A stretch of DNA of 64,000 nucleotides from Phoronis australis (taxonomy: Eukaryota; Animalia; Phoronida), in NCBI GenBank assembly GCA_002633005.1, contig NMRA01000372.1:39098-103097 (forward strand), given 5' to 3'. The notes under the pieces were generated by a model. It had not been told where the DNA came from. It did no database searches and saw nothing but the letters and a program-made list of their open reading frames with translations. The position numbers were made by a program, and so were the translations under genes. Of the stretch, positions 1 to 13,628 are shown one piece after another (the stretch's first letter is position 1; each line of letters opens with the position of its first letter).

Positions 1-141
1 GCACTTTCGAAGCAAATCTACAGCTTGCTTAGTCAATCTTATGCTATTACAGCGTTTTATCCAATCATAAGCCAGAAACATCATCGGCTGTTAAATAATG
101 TAGACTCTAGGATTAGATTTTTAAAAAATATTTTACTTTAC

Positions 142-292
142 CTTGAAATAAGTTACCCCGATGTGTTCATTCAGAGAGAAAACGACAATTTCAAAGAAGG
201 ACATTACGATGAGCTGAAGCGGACTTGTCTTTCCAAGAACTGCACCGAACGATATCAGGACCGCCGCTGCTGCAAACTCTGCCGTGGTTAAC
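142..292 (-). CDS. Rh gene B, exon 3; the gene continues beyond the left edge of the window
   Basis: LTTAEFAAAAVLISFGAVLGKTSPLQL...TYFK; 151 nt; TAG acceptor, GTAAAG donor. Confidence 0.94.
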
Positions 293-578
293 CTATATGA
301 AGGCAGCGTTCGTTATGTGTGCAACACATTATGGCGACAAGTTATCACCAACATGATTTGTACCACAGTACAACTAATAGATCCAGTGTTTCAAGTGTCG
401 TGATGAATAACTTGTGAATTCTTTAGACCAGGTCCCTGAGTTTAATCTTTGTATCCAAAACAAAATCGAAATTATTTTCGGTATTTTCTATTCTACTTTT
501 GTACGACCTCAAGTTAGGTGTCTTTTATTCTCTGCTCCTGTACATTATGGTATATGCGTTACTGCGTACTTGATTGCA

Positions 579-716
579 CCGGGCGTGTGTTCAGTAGACG
601 CTAGGACCTACGCTAGGACCTAGCTAAAACCTAGTCAAAGTCACGTGTTCTCATTTAAAATACATGGCAAGTCTTGCTTTTTAGCAAGGTCCTAGCGTTA
701 CTGAACGGGAGGCTGG
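579..716. mobile_element. Palindromic MITE, copy 1 (Rh gene B intron 2)
   Basis: Self-complementary ends GTTCAGTA..CGCTAGGACCT / AGGTCCTAGCGTTACTGAAC; an inverted copy lies at 6261-6416. Confidence 0.75.
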
Positions 717-1395
717 ATTCGAGGTACAAGCTCGAGCAAAAGCTCACGATTTCGAATAAATATTTAAAATTTCGAGTTCAGACTCGAACTTGAAGCATTG
801 ATGTTGGAGTCACCAAGTGCGAGCTAGAATTAGACAGTTATTCGCACACGGCAAACCATTGCTTACTCGAGCAAATAAGAATGGACATTTATCTCAAATT
901 TGCAAAAAATGTAGAATAGAAAAGGATTTCGAATTGCATTTTGAGCAAAACGATTAGACACTGGGCCCAGATTATTATTTAAACCTCGCGAGTGTTTATT
1001 TTTGTTGAAGCAGGCATATATAAAGACCAAAATATATTCAGAATATCCCTATGGCTCACCGTTTCTGACCACGGGAATAAGTCATGGAAGAGCGGGTAAC
1101 AATAGTAACATCAACTAGTGATATTTCACTCCGTAGAGCTGTTACGTATTTTCATAAATGAGATGTCAGCAAAGGCGATTGTCAATGAGCACGTGCGGAC
1201 AATTCTCTTTATGGTCGTCTAATTAAGCACATTCGAGAAAATAGTGGAACGATCATTTTGGGTGAAATTTGATAATTTACTTGCATTTTTTTGCGCAATT
1301 TGTAAATTTTTGAGACAAGTCAGTTAACACGTTTGGTTGTCATTAGCTTCAGTTTTTAGGCTGAGAACCACACTGCCCATGACATGGTAACTCAC

Positions 1396-1579
1396 GAGAT
1401 TATGTTCACCGATATCTTCCCGTCATGCATCTCAAGTAGACCACTCATGATAATGTGCCACTGGACGACGAACGAAGCGATCAACATATTGACGCTGATG
1501 GCGCTGTATCCATACTTTCTAAGAAACGTCATCAGGAAGCCAAAGCCGATGTACATCATCACGTGAACATCTTGGAACA
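1396..1579 (-). CDS. Rh gene B, exon 2
   Basis: [26 protein letters not shown]; 184 nt; TTTCAG/GTGAGT boundaries; about 94% identical to gene A exon 2. Confidence 0.95.
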
Positions 1580-1842
1580 CTGAAAACAAAAGAGAGTGTC
1601 ACGTCATGTAGTCGTGTATTGTTGTTAGTATGTAACGAAATTTATGATATTTATGGTTGAAAAGAATTTGTTTTTCGTAGATTTAAATACCAGCAGCATC
1701 ATAACCGCCATTATCATCGTCGTCGCCTTTGTCGTCATCAGTAATTTGACTTTGTTTTAAATATACTATTTAATTTACATTCAGCCTCATGCGCCAAGTT
1801 GGAACACTTGATGGGTTTAGTGAGTCAAAAGAAATCAGTTTG

Positions 1843-1988
1843 CAGTGGTGGATTTAGGGGGAGGGGGAATGGGTCAATGCCCCCCTATAATTCTTCAAGA
1901 CTCCATTTGGCAGTTCGGGACAAAGCCTTGGTTAATACTCTGTCCTGCACCCCATAGCCCTCAACCCAAAATCCTGGATCCGCCCCTG
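1843..1988 (+). mobile_element. hAT-type MITE with 5-bp TSD (GTTTG)
   Basis: TIRs CAGTGGTGGATT / GGATCCGCCCCTG; same family as the copies at 22387, 50601 and 51361. Confidence 0.75.
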
Positions 1989-3049
1989 GTTTGTGGTTTT
2001 CTTATTTCAGTGTTATATTTCAAATACTTTTAAAACGTGGGCGTGCTTTTCGCGGAAACGTCACTGATTACATATGGTGATAATGGCTCAGTGAGTACCC
2101 ATAATGCATGAGTCTGCTTAACTCAATACGGCGGCCATTTTAGGTGGTGGTGTACCAGCAAAATAAAAATCAAACAGAAAAATTCATATCAAATTCACTT
2201 AATTTTGACAATACTTGGACTACTGTTGAATTCGTGCTCCTTATATTTAAGTATTGATTGAACTAACTTTCGTTAATACCAGTTTTATGACATTTAACAA
2301 AAATGAAAAGGAAAAATATCTTTAAAGGGAAATGCATATTCTGAAAATCAAATTAATTGAAACGCTAACACTTACTGAAAAACGATGTTCGTAAATCCCC
2401 TGCCTTTGTATTTTCCAGTGCTTCCCAGTCGATGTTTCCCCAATCTGATTAACGTATTCTCTCCATATACTGCCACCTTTATGTTCCCTTGGTACAGTAT
2501 CCCCTTCTGTCTGATTGTTTCTTTGCCTATTAATTGAATTTCTTCATGACATCTGTATGTGTGTTAGGTGCATGAGCCCCCATGCAACAAAATGACAACA
2601 AAAATGCGCAACTTCCTGTGTCAGTAAATAACATGTGGGTTGCTATTGATCCGAGTGCAAAATTGTGAATTACAGGTAACACACAAAGCAATCGTTTCGC
2701 CTTCGACGGTTTAGCCGATTGTCTATTAAAATCGGCGATATTTGATAAAGTCATGAGTCGTACTACATGGGACTGAAAAGGTAACCCTGTGACGTTTGTT
2801 CCCAAAACACGCGTAAGAGCAACATTGTTGAACATACGTCATCCACAAGAATATTTAAGATAAAATTGTTGTTAGGATACACGTTTATTGACAAACGTTA
2901 GCTTCCATATTCAATAACCCACAGGCGTTATATTACCTTTATATAAAAAGGGATCCAAAACATCCTGGACACTACAGAGACACGTCATTTTTGAATGCTC
3001 TACGTAAAATTTTTATGTATATTCTGAACTCATGACTGACCTCGTGGAC

Positions 3050-4566
3050 CGAAGGGAATTACTGGTCGAGGAACAGGCAAATTTTAGAAAAGGATACTAA
3101 ACATATTCGCCTTACGCGTAGTTGTACAGAAAAACTTGACAAGTCCTGGAGCAAAATCTATTTAGTTTGCTCATTTTGATTTCACCAAGGCGTTTGACAG
3201 TGTAAGAAAGTAACTTTGTTATATTTTAATCCAGTGTAAACTCCATGGTTCCATATTTAAAATCATTCAGACGCTGCATAGTCATGTTAAAGGCTAGGTA
3301 AGACAAACAAAGGTCTATCACAATCTTTTGATTGTTATTGTGGAGTGATACAAGGCTGTATGGTCAGTTGTATTCTTTGCGTTGTATACATACGGGAGTA
3401 TATTCGTAAATCCTGATTTTTCTGATATCCGTGTGTTACTCTTTGCTGGTGATGTTACTATTGTAAGTGACACTGCACGTGGTCTACAACGCTAGCTTAA
3501 CTACGTAGAAAGGTTTTGTAATAAGTGGAGCCTAAGTGATAACATTGCTAAGTCAAACGTAATGGTTTTTATGAAAGGGATGGACAGGAAAATCAGTGGT
3601 ATTGACAAGATAACGAAGTAAAATCTGTCAGTTATTAAACATACCTTGGAATTTGGTTTCCGTGCAGACCTAAGTGGAATGTATGTTGTAGAACGCTCGA
3701 ACCACAAGGGTCAAAAGCATTTAATATAATATAAAAACATCGTTTAATGAAATCCAGGCTTAGGGATCCAAAAACAGCGTTTGACTCGATGGTTCTCCTT
3801 ATGTACATTGGTCTATGAAGCTGAAATATGGTGAACTTGTCAAGTTAAGGAGATAGACCTGCTTCAAGATGAACCTTGCAAATGGGTGTTGTACAGTGAT
3901 AAGAAGTCCAACGTTATTGCACGTGCAGAGAGTGACAGACCCAGTTGGAGCTCATCGTACGTCAGCAAACAGATTAAATGTTTTTTAAAGTTGGCTAAAA
4001 CTTTGCTATGAAATGTTAAAACGTTAAGAAAACGGAGGTCTAACAAGCTGGTGTTCAAGATTTAAACCAATGCTGTTTGAAAACTGTTTGGTTGTTCCAA
4101 GGTGTTGGATACGAGCGTATATTTATTAGTTAATTGAGAGGTGTACAGTTACAGATTGGCGCATTTGGGGATAGTGCGACTTTTATATTGAAATAGTAAT
4201 ACCAACTTCTATTGTGAACCATGGTTGTCTGTCAAGCTAGACCCGCAACTTAAATTTGCGCTCGCAAATCTTAGGTGCAGCACTCATAAGTTAAATATAG
4301 AAATAGGCTGAAGAAATAACGTCACAAACGACAAAAAGATTATGCTAGTTCTGTAATATAGGCGAAGTTGAAACAGAAGTTTCACTGTCTTTTCGTATGC
4401 CCTGTGTTTGATGATATAAGTAGAAAATTTCTACTGGCAGACTGAAGGTCGTCCAAGCGTGGATCGTTTAAGAGCATTATTCACGAACCAGTCGAACATT
4501 AAATTTTTGCCTTTGTACATAAAAGAGATTTTGTGTGACGAGATTGACCCAATTCAACTTGTCCAA

Positions 4567-4620
<54 letters not shown>
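3050..4620 (+). mobile_element. Degenerate non-LTR retrotransposon (RT domain and 3' end; RTE-X/CR1-like) ending in (ATT)n
   Basis: Frameshifted fragments EQA.FRKGY, DFTKAFDSV, GVIQGCM, LLFAGDV...GLQR.LN...FC.KW.L and FH.LF.CP.F.DI. Confidence 0.75.
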
Positions 4621-4712
4621 GTCATGATCACGATCATCACCGTCATCATCGTGACCATCGTGATCGTCGTCGTCGTCGTCGTCGTCTTTGTCATCGTCAT
4701 CATCACTATCAT
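4567..4712. repeat. Compound trinucleotide microsatellite (ATT)n-(ATC/GTC)n
   Basis: Directly visible; accounts for the poly-I/V and poly-N/D pseudo-ORFs. Confidence 0.95.
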
Positions 4713-6260
4713 TGTGCAAAATGGAACTATGGGCCACTCAATTACAGTGTTGTTGTTACTGTAGCTTCACTGCGTGGTTTATTAGAGGAATAACAAGAAA
4801 ACTTGGAATGACTCCACACTATAACGGAACTAGACACCATCGAGCCGGGGAGGCACCGAAAAGAGGAAACAATGGTCCCTAGGGATTTTGAGCAGGAACG
4901 TCGAGACGGGAGAACATAGGCACAGTGAAACATAGCGACAGCGGATACAGGGAATGGGAACATGCTTGTAGGGACAGAAGCACATAGGGGCAGGGAACAT
5001 CGGATATGGTAAGCAATGGTTCACGAGGATATTGGGACAACAAAACATTGGTCTGGGAAAAGTTTGTCAGGGGAATATATAGAGCTTTGGAAAACATCGG
5101 AACTGAAAAAGGTGAGAAAAACGGTGAATGAAGCAGTTGCATCAGTATAGAGTTACATTTGGCTTCAAACTGCAGTTAAACTGATATTTTGTAATTTTAA
5201 CGAAAAGTCTGCACCAAGCTTAACCGTTTTCTATTTTAGAGAAATCAGTGTTGACAGGTTGTAGTAACGCGCAACATTTAAGCAAATCCACCAAAGCTTT
5301 CAAAGCAGAAGTGGATTTGGTGAGAGCCCTGAAAATGTCATCTTGGATCTTTTAAATATGATTATTAAAAAGGAAAACGCTTGATGAATTAACGCAGCTA
5401 TTAATGTATATGAAGTGGATTAACTTTTGATTGATGTTGCCATGGTGACATTAAATGTTCGCATACACTTTCAGTATTTTTAGAAACGTGGAGGCGGCAT
5501 TAAAACTACAAACATCACATTTATGCATATTTTTACGAAAAAATTTACATTAAGGGCTCAAGCAGAATGTGATGCGTCTAACAGCAAAGTAAATGTTAGT
5601 GCAATAACGATCATCCTGGAATAAATAATTTGACCCCTACTAAAGGTCACGCACTGAAATTTCGAACATGTATTAGTTTAAAGCCACCCTGTGCACAAAC
5701 AAAACTAAGACTCCTACAGTTACAAGTCTGGTCTTATTTTGTACCTTATTCGGATTAAATACGATTGCTGCACTGGAGAAGAAATGTGTGTGCGTAATTA
5801 CTTGACACCAGGTCAACAAGTTGCCTTGTCGTGACGTGTCTAATAAGCGCCAAACATGTTCTCATAATCTCTCACTTCTTCAGCTGAATAAAAAACAATT
5901 TGAAACCAGCTTTATAGTAAAATGTGACTTAAATTAGAAATTTTTGACGGCCAAAAAGGCGGATTCATAACAGTTTAAAAATATTCACCGAAGTTTGTAA
6001 TGAATTTCAATTAACACACCGCAAGCCATGTGACTTTCTAACTGGAAAATGAATGGTCATATAAAAAATCTCCTCATGCGCAGACAATAACGTTCACAGT
6101 ACCAGGATCACCTAAGGGTTCTCGCCTTGCTCAATCAAGGTTTAGCATGACTAACGTTGCCATTTAGCCATCGTCATAAGAGTCAAGCAATCTATAAGTA
6201 ACCACCAACGCTCTTGCCAAAGGCAACCAGCGTCGTGTCAAGCAAACAGCCATGAATAAA

Positions 6261-6416
6261 CCTCCTGTTCAGTCACAACGCTAGGACCTCGCTAAAAAGC
6301 AAGACTTCGCGAGATTACGTGAGATATTTCCGTGTATTTTAAGTAAGAGCACGTGTCTAAAACTAGATTTTAACTAGGTCCTAGCGTAGGTCCTGGCGTT
6401 ACTGAACGCACGCCTG
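6261..6416. mobile_element. Palindromic MITE, copy 2 (Rh gene B intron 1), opposite orientation to copy 1
   Basis: GCTAAAAAGCAAGACTT and TAGGTCCTAGCGTAGGTCCT are reverse complements of blocks in 579-716. Confidence 0.75.
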
Positions 6417-7869
6417 CTCCCTTCTGTCCGGGACTTTGCCCCCACCTGCTCTTCATCGGACAGTCGAACAAGAACGTTCACATGACAGGATAAATTTGTG
6501 GCTCCCGAATACACCCAAGGTGTAAGAGAAGTCGCGGCTCATTCCGCGTATCAGCGAGTGAAATCGTTTAGTGACACGTGTCATGTGCTTCGCTTGAAAT
6601 GCATGGCCAAACTCGAAAGAAACTATCAGCTCAAAGTGTTCACAGGACCTAACCTACTGGCAAGTCGCATTCTTGTAAATTGAGAGTCTTATGGCGAATA
6701 TGTCGACGGGTTCTTGTTCGGATTGTCATCGTTTTTTTGTATTTAACGTGTACACTCAAGCAGCATGTTTGTGCCTGCCGGTGCAATTCGAGCTAGTGAA
6801 TTCATTGCGCATTTCAGCGAAGCAGAACACTGTTTTATTGCCCACAAAACCTGGATTGAACAAAATGCGGGAGGAATGTGGTGGCCCGATTAGCTAACCT
6901 ACCAATATGGCGCATTTTCTCATTATCATAGAAATCAGGTCCTCTACACAATCATTAGTAATACGAAGCTATTTGCCGACTCGGCACGCTAAAATTAACT
7001 CGTTAATGTATTTATCCAGAGTGCAAATTTCGGGCTACTGTTATTTATAGTTGTAACGCACCCCCTCTGCAGTTAATTCCAAGGTAGTGTTTACAACAAT
7101 AACAAAAATGTTATGCCCACAGGGGTAATTGTCTAGACAAACTAGGTGAAGAAAACAGCAAAGAATTCGAAATGAATGAGCACTACCGACAACTTCCAAA
7201 GCAACATTATTCGAGTTAACAATTGTTTGTCAAAAATACATTAAACCAGTGATGTTGTGTTAAATGCGTGGTACGTGTACGCCCGAGGCTCATCGTAACA
7301 GCACAGTATTTTAAACTGCACCTTTGCACTTTCAAAATAACTGGGACGCTCAATTTTCAGGACAAATGATCTTAGTTAGCAAGACAACATGATAAGGGTC
7401 AACATCACACATTTCTTTTCCAGCAGTGTAAAAAATGATGAATTCTATATTACCTGAGTTTGTGTTTCGCAAAGTTTTGGACTCCGTATGTGAGGTCATA
7501 AAATATCATATAGTGTTCTTCAAATTGCAATTTATGATCGACATATGTCCCGGATAATATATAAATGATACGTGCGTCGCAAGCTCGTTACCAGAGATGA
7601 AAGGAGACTGATTTAGGCGATATAAGGTCATTTATTATGACGAGTACAATTACAATAAAATGAATACAGGTAAATAAGTATAATAGGTAATCTCTGGTAA
7701 GATGGGCAATAAAAAGCGCCACAGAGGTGTAACATTCTACTTCATTAGTGTTCACAAACGTTTCGATTACTCCAACCACTAAAAATACGAACATAGATCA
7801 ACATTCCTTCAGATTCATTTGCGGATACCTCAGTGCAGCATATACTCGACCATAGTTACTAGCTTTGAC

Positions 7870-8123
7870 CAGGGGCCCGTTCTAAGAAACTGACTTTAGT
7901 TCATTTTTTACTTAACTCTAAGATTTGTCTCAACTTTCAAACTTTGAAACTTCCACATCAGGTTAGTGTATCAAATCTAAGGCAAAATTTAAGTCAAAAA
8001 CTTAAGTTAAACTTAAGATCACTTTCTTGGAACGGACTTAATACAAATTGAAGTTTGGTCTTAAATTTGACACAAATTTAAGATTTGCCTTCGATGGGTG
8101 AGTTTTCTTGGAACCGGCGCCTG
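7870..8123. mobile_element. MITE with terminal inverted repeats
   Basis: CAGGGGCCCGTTCTAAGAAA ... TTTCTTGGAACCGGCGCCTG; AT-rich interior with repeated TTAAG motifs. Confidence 0.6.
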
Positions 8124-8399
8124 AACTATAAAACAAACAATTTGTTGTTTTTTGAGATTTTATTAAAAATTGTCGGTTATCACCGTTGTCCGCCAGACAT
8201 TCGCTGACGTCACGGCCTGTATTTTTACCTGAACGCTTGCCTCTTAGATTAAAGATGCCATGTCTCATTAACACTGCGAATATTCAAATTTGTAGCAAGC
8301 GCCACCTAATGACTTCCTGGAATAATGTGTGTACAGGAAAGAAACAATTTGTAAAAAACACTACCACTGATAAACTTAAAAACAAGTGTGAACATATAA

Positions 8400-9500
8400 A
8401 AACCCAAGTAATTCCGAATATTACGCAATCGTTATTTCATAGCGAAATAAACAAATACTTAAAACTGTGCCTTGTTGCATAAGGGTAACGACAATGCTGT
8501 GGTGGTTTCCCAGGAAATCCCGGGAGAAGTATGGTCAAATTCCTGGAATTCCAGAGACCCAAAATGGCATGACGATGAATATTATCCAAGATGACAATAC
8601 ATGAAGTTACATGCTTTCTTCGTTCTTCTGACGGCATTTGCTCCTCTTACGCCATGATGAAAGATTACCATACTCATTTACATAAAAATAGTCTTTCAAA
8701 ACGAGACTCGCGAGATTGTATTGGTAACTGGTTCACTGATGGTTTCCGGCACACTGGAGCACCCGATGTTGTTTGTTAAGTAAAACTTCATTTGTAAGCT
8801 CACAATTTAATGAGACTATGCATCTTTAAGTCAGCTAGCACAGCATTTATAAGCGGCCACACAGGTTCCCACTTCGAGCCCGAACTTGGCATGTTCTCAA
8901 AAAGTCACTTTTCTTACCAATAATGTCACTTTAAGCCTGCATATCTCCCGAAAAGAGCAAACAGACTAGAATTTACCGTCGCTAAAAGAAATACGTGTAA
9001 GAAATTGAAAGGACTATCAAACTTAACAGGGTCAGAGTATATGCCGAAGCGGGCATCTTCATGATATTTATTTTTAGTGACTGAAAGGCTCCTGGATTCA
9101 ACAAGACCGCAAACTGTATAGCCTACGCTGTCACTTGTTCGAAATTGTAGCTGCAAATTCTCCAACATTTTTAAAAAACTGCCTTAGTTTACGTTTTTAC
9201 GTTCACTAATCACTTTCTACAATAAGGACAACGGCACTTCTGAAATGGTTAAAATGGTTCACGGAGTCCATTAGGCAAACCTGACCTTCCTTTAATGACT
9301 GAGTTAAAAGTTTTAAAACTCTTGAAATGCAATTTAACAATTTAATGCCCTCTCGTGTCCATTCGGAGAATTTGCGAGGCTCTGAACTCCAGCTGACTCT
9401 TAACTTGGAGACAAGTCTCTTCGAAGCCTTTGTGTTGCATTTCTTAAAATTTCGGAGGAACTTGGAAAAGGCCTCACAAACTGTCATGGGATCTTAATAT
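8400..9500 (-). mobile_element. Heavily decayed LINE relic, possibly an L1/Tx1 ORF2 3' region
   Basis: Weak, frameshifted resemblance to the W..VW / C..C zinc-knuckle region; boundaries are approximate. Confidence 0.3.
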
Positions 9501-11775
9501 TGGATGTCGTGACACGTTGGGTTTCGAGTGACGGTTGTCTCGCTCTGTTGACTGTGCCTGACCTAGTAGGTTGTTGCAGGTCAGGCGATAACTCAGGAGA
9601 CATTTTATGAAATTATAGTAAATCATTTTTAATGGAACAGAAATACAGAGTTTTAAATCATTTTCAACATTGTACATTCACGGTCCAAGCATTTCAGTAT
9701 CGGACATTTAGCCAGTATACGCCACTAAGTCGTGAACTAGAGCCTTTCTCTGGCAATATCTTGTGTCATGTCACTGTTTTACGACATTGACTAATTTAGG
9801 AATTTTTTTAATATGATTTTTATATTTCAAGTAACACGTTATTTTGTTTCAAACATGTTTATTATATTTTTGTGTCTAGTTTTTGTTGTTTTCGCGTTTA
9901 ATAAAGCAGCGCGTGACATCAACTTTTACAATCAGGTCTTACTAAGCCCTAGGCAAACCAAAAGTATTAGGTGTGATATAATTCAAGCCTAAATTTTGAA
10001 TTTATAAAAGAAGTAACTTCTTGCCTTAAATTATTCACACCAGCTAAACTTATTTCATCGTCCCGACAACACACCATAATCGCCATCTAGTGACATGCAG
10101 CGGGGTGACCGCGCTTTGGAGAACGTCAAATTGAGCGATCTTATTCGACGGTGCTTCATCTAAAATAGCTCAAAAACGAAGTCGATGGCCTCTGTATTTC
10201 GTAAAAAACACGACGGAGGTCAAATAAATTGAAAATAATAAAGGTGTATTTTTTGGTGTAGACGCTGAATCTCTAATATTTGACGTCATAACTCAAAATC
10301 CAGAAAAACCGTTCACCTACTCCGATATCATAAAGTTAGTGAACCGAAGATGAAATAAAAGCTGTCCAAAACGAAACTGAAATCTTACACGGAAATAATC
10401 CAGAATTTCAATCAGTAATCTAATTAAAAGTGGCTTTACAAGAAGTCACTTAATTTTCAAATGTCTGCCTATGTATCTGTATATAGGCGGCTGCAACGGA
10501 AAACTGTAATTCGCTAAACCCCGCGGATTTTTAGCAGACAGACCCCTAAATACGAAATTTTCAAAAAATGTCAATGACAAATTAAAACTGTTTCGAACAC
10601 CCTTAATAGTAAGAAATCATTTTACTAAATGAACCAACGACGCTTAAGAACTGAGGTCTGCATCATGAAGGAGGACTATGAAATTCAGTTTTACGCTCCT
10701 CACTGAGCTATTTTTGAAAACTAATTGACTCTCACTTGGACTAAAGCCTGAGATCTGTCGTTACTGGTATGGTTTTTGTAAAGTATATTTAGATTATGAT
10801 TTGCTCATAATTACATGGCTGTGAAACTTTTTTTCGAGCAATTGCGAAGTGGGATCGCAAGACCCAATTCTGTCGCACGTGTCAAGTCGTACGTGTTTTA
10901 ACACGTACGACTTAAAAGTCGTACGTGTTAAGTCGTACGTGTTAAGCCACTTTTATGCAAAAGACTGCTGGGTTCGTGCTAGATATGCAGACGATGTGTT
11001 GCTGGGGTCGACCCATTTGTATGAATGAGTACCGGCCATGTCTGGCAAAACATAGCCATCGCTGGACTTGATTCCCTGAAGAGGGCGTTTGAAAATCCTA
11101 GTTCACCCCGCTGCAGAAATCTGGGCTAGCATCCGGTTGGCCGTGACGGATTCACGATTCCCCATGTACCCTAAAGAATGTAAATCAACTCTTTTCTAAA
11201 TCGAAGCAAGCGATTACTGTTGTCATTGTCAATTTCTGATTTCTCGTTTACCCCATTTGTGAGTATAATTAACATACGGGTACTTGCCCATTCCATTTAT
11301 AACGTGTAGCATTTTGGTCAAAAACAACTTTTGTGATTTTTTCATACCCATTGGAAATAGGATACGTGATACTTATGTGACTATTGGAAACGTTCCTTTG
11401 GCTGAAAACACAAGGAAACAAAAGACACTATATTTGCAGTGCAGTTTGGTGCACCTATGTATTCGCCCTTACATGTACAAATCACAAATGTGTGTGTAAA
11501 TCGCACAGGTGCGAAGTTCGTGTCACATTTATGCATTGTTTTAAACATTCTGCAACCATTCGCAGGCAATGTTTTATTAAAAGTACTTATTTTTGGTATC
11601 ATAGTCAGTTAAACCGCAACACATTAGACACCCCACACCTACAATCAGCCTTTACATGTCGAGAAAATGAGCACGTGTATCAGTACTTGAACAGTATACC
11701 GTGCACAATGAGAGCTCATTGCACGCGCGTGTATAATGGTGAGTTTACGTGCATGTGTTCCTTTCCTGTCTTCAC

Positions 11776-11873
11776 TTTGAGACAACTCGTTTGGACGCAT
11801 ACGTCACCCTGCTGCGAGCTTGAGACAAGTCGGTTGGACGCGTACGTCACCCTGCTGCGAGTTTGAGACAACT
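11776..11873. repeat. Short tandem duplication, about 2.3 copies of a ~43-bp unit
   Basis: TTGAGACAA....TTGGACGC.TACGTCACCCTGCTGCGAG is repeated. Confidence 0.8.
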
Positions 11874-13392
11874 TGTTTGGAAGCGAGTTAGATTCGTTGG
11901 TAACACGGATGGATAGCTATGAAACACGTGCCAATACATTTGGAAGAGTCTGCCGGTATTCGTTACAGTCACACTAACGCGCTTTTACATGTAGTGGGTG
12001 GTCAATCGTGTTTTAAATTTTAAGTGATCATACACAGGTTATGGAAAAAACCAGGTCATTGCAGCATCATTCACGTCAAAACAACTGAATATCATCAAAT
12101 ATTTGTTTTTGACCTGTTCTGCTGCGATGCTTCTCGCCTATCAAGAGTCGTGACGCTAACCCTATGAAATTTTAATCTACACCTATACGCGTAAACTGGT
12201 CCCCTATCAGGCAAGTAGCCAGCATTGCGCAGGGGGTGGTTCAAATTTCTTGAACGGTGGACCTTTGATATTTGCAAACGTCGACACTGTGGAGTTTTCC
12301 TTAAGCTCTCGAGTTGACGCAGCTTAATCGGGAAGAAAGGAAATTTGTATACACAACGATGACTCTCAGCTCTATGTTTCTGAGATGAAACCGAATTAGT
12401 AATACCAGAGGTGAGGATGCCGCGACGGTTGCTCGCAAATAACGGAACTCAATTTGGATGTAATGTGGTCCAAAACGTTCTCGCGCACTTCCTGCCAAAT
12501 TTTCAAATCACGCATGCTTAAATGAGTGATTACACCTACATGGACAGAAATATTTAGCCGGAGAATAACTTGACGCAATTTTTATCTAGTTATATGTTTT
12601 GTGTTACTGAAGTTACTTGCGTGACGTTGGAATTGTGAACATCCCAATACTCACCATTCGGTTCACCATTCCGCAGGTTTACTACTTCTGAGGTTCACTG
12701 CTGTAAAAAAGGATCTATCTTTTTCAACACATATGTATTTTTTACACTTTTAATGCAAAAATGAATGATATTACGGCTGTTTGATACAGTGAATGGTGTA
12801 CCTAGGGTATACCAAAAACAACGACCGGTTACTAAAATACTTCGTTTGGATTTCATATGCATGCGAAATTGCCTGCATGTCTTACGAACAATGAAAACGT
12901 TATTGCATTTTAAAAAATATGGAGTGAGAATACTGATGAATTATCAATCACGATACATTCATCAAATCTGTGCCAAAATCGCATCATTTCACAGCGCGAC
13001 TGAAAAGTTTAGGGCCGCGGCGCCAGAACCTCACCCACCGGAACTACGCACACGGCCGGGTTGAAATTAAATGTAGTTAGCAGGCTACCCTATCCCTGCC
13101 AGTCTTCACCGGCGAAGTCAGAGAGCCTCTTCTGTCTTCTTAAATTTAAAACCGTTGATCGCCGCAGCCCCGACCCGTCCCCCAGGTGCTGCCCATGCTT
13201 GATAATGAGTCGTTTGTTAGACTCAAGAATCACGATTGGCAGTGATTGGAACTGAGCTCATTTGTAAACAATGTAATCAATGAATTAAGAACTATTCAAC
13301 TTTTGCACACTCTTTGAATGGTTGCTAAATGGACACAAATACAATACTATATTCGTGTATGTTACGACTCATTAGCAGACAATCAGAGCAAT

Positions 13393-13628
13393 CAACTGTG
13401 TGGCTCAATGGTTTGTTTATTGAGGTCGGGACTCCTGTTTGTGGGAGATCTGGGTTCGAATACTGGCTTCTTTGGCTGACAATCAAGCATTGCGCAAAGG
13501 CGTCTCCTACTCCTCTGAGCTCGTTCTTACTAGTGAATGTGCAAGGGTGTGAATTAGAACCTGGATATAACGAAAAAGCGACTCCTGGGGCTGTGCTTAT
13601 ACTTGTATTTAAGAAAAAAGAACTGCCG
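13393..13628 (+). mobile_element. tRNA-derived SINE
   Basis: A-box TGGCTCAATGG, B-box GGTTCGAATAC; 3' body (GTGAAT.AGAACCTGGAT.TAAC...CTGGGG.TGTGCTTATA) shared with 47036-47252. Confidence 0.7.

Noticed and set aside
4459-4764. Poly-Ile/Val and poly-Asp/Asn ORFs, also at 23358-23797
   Set aside because: Translations of trinucleotide microsatellites.
7588-7794. Hydrophobic 68-aa ORF and a TM-like stretch near 24430-24490 as membrane-protein exons
   Set aside because: No family motif, no consistent splice-phase partners, and nearby in-frame stops.
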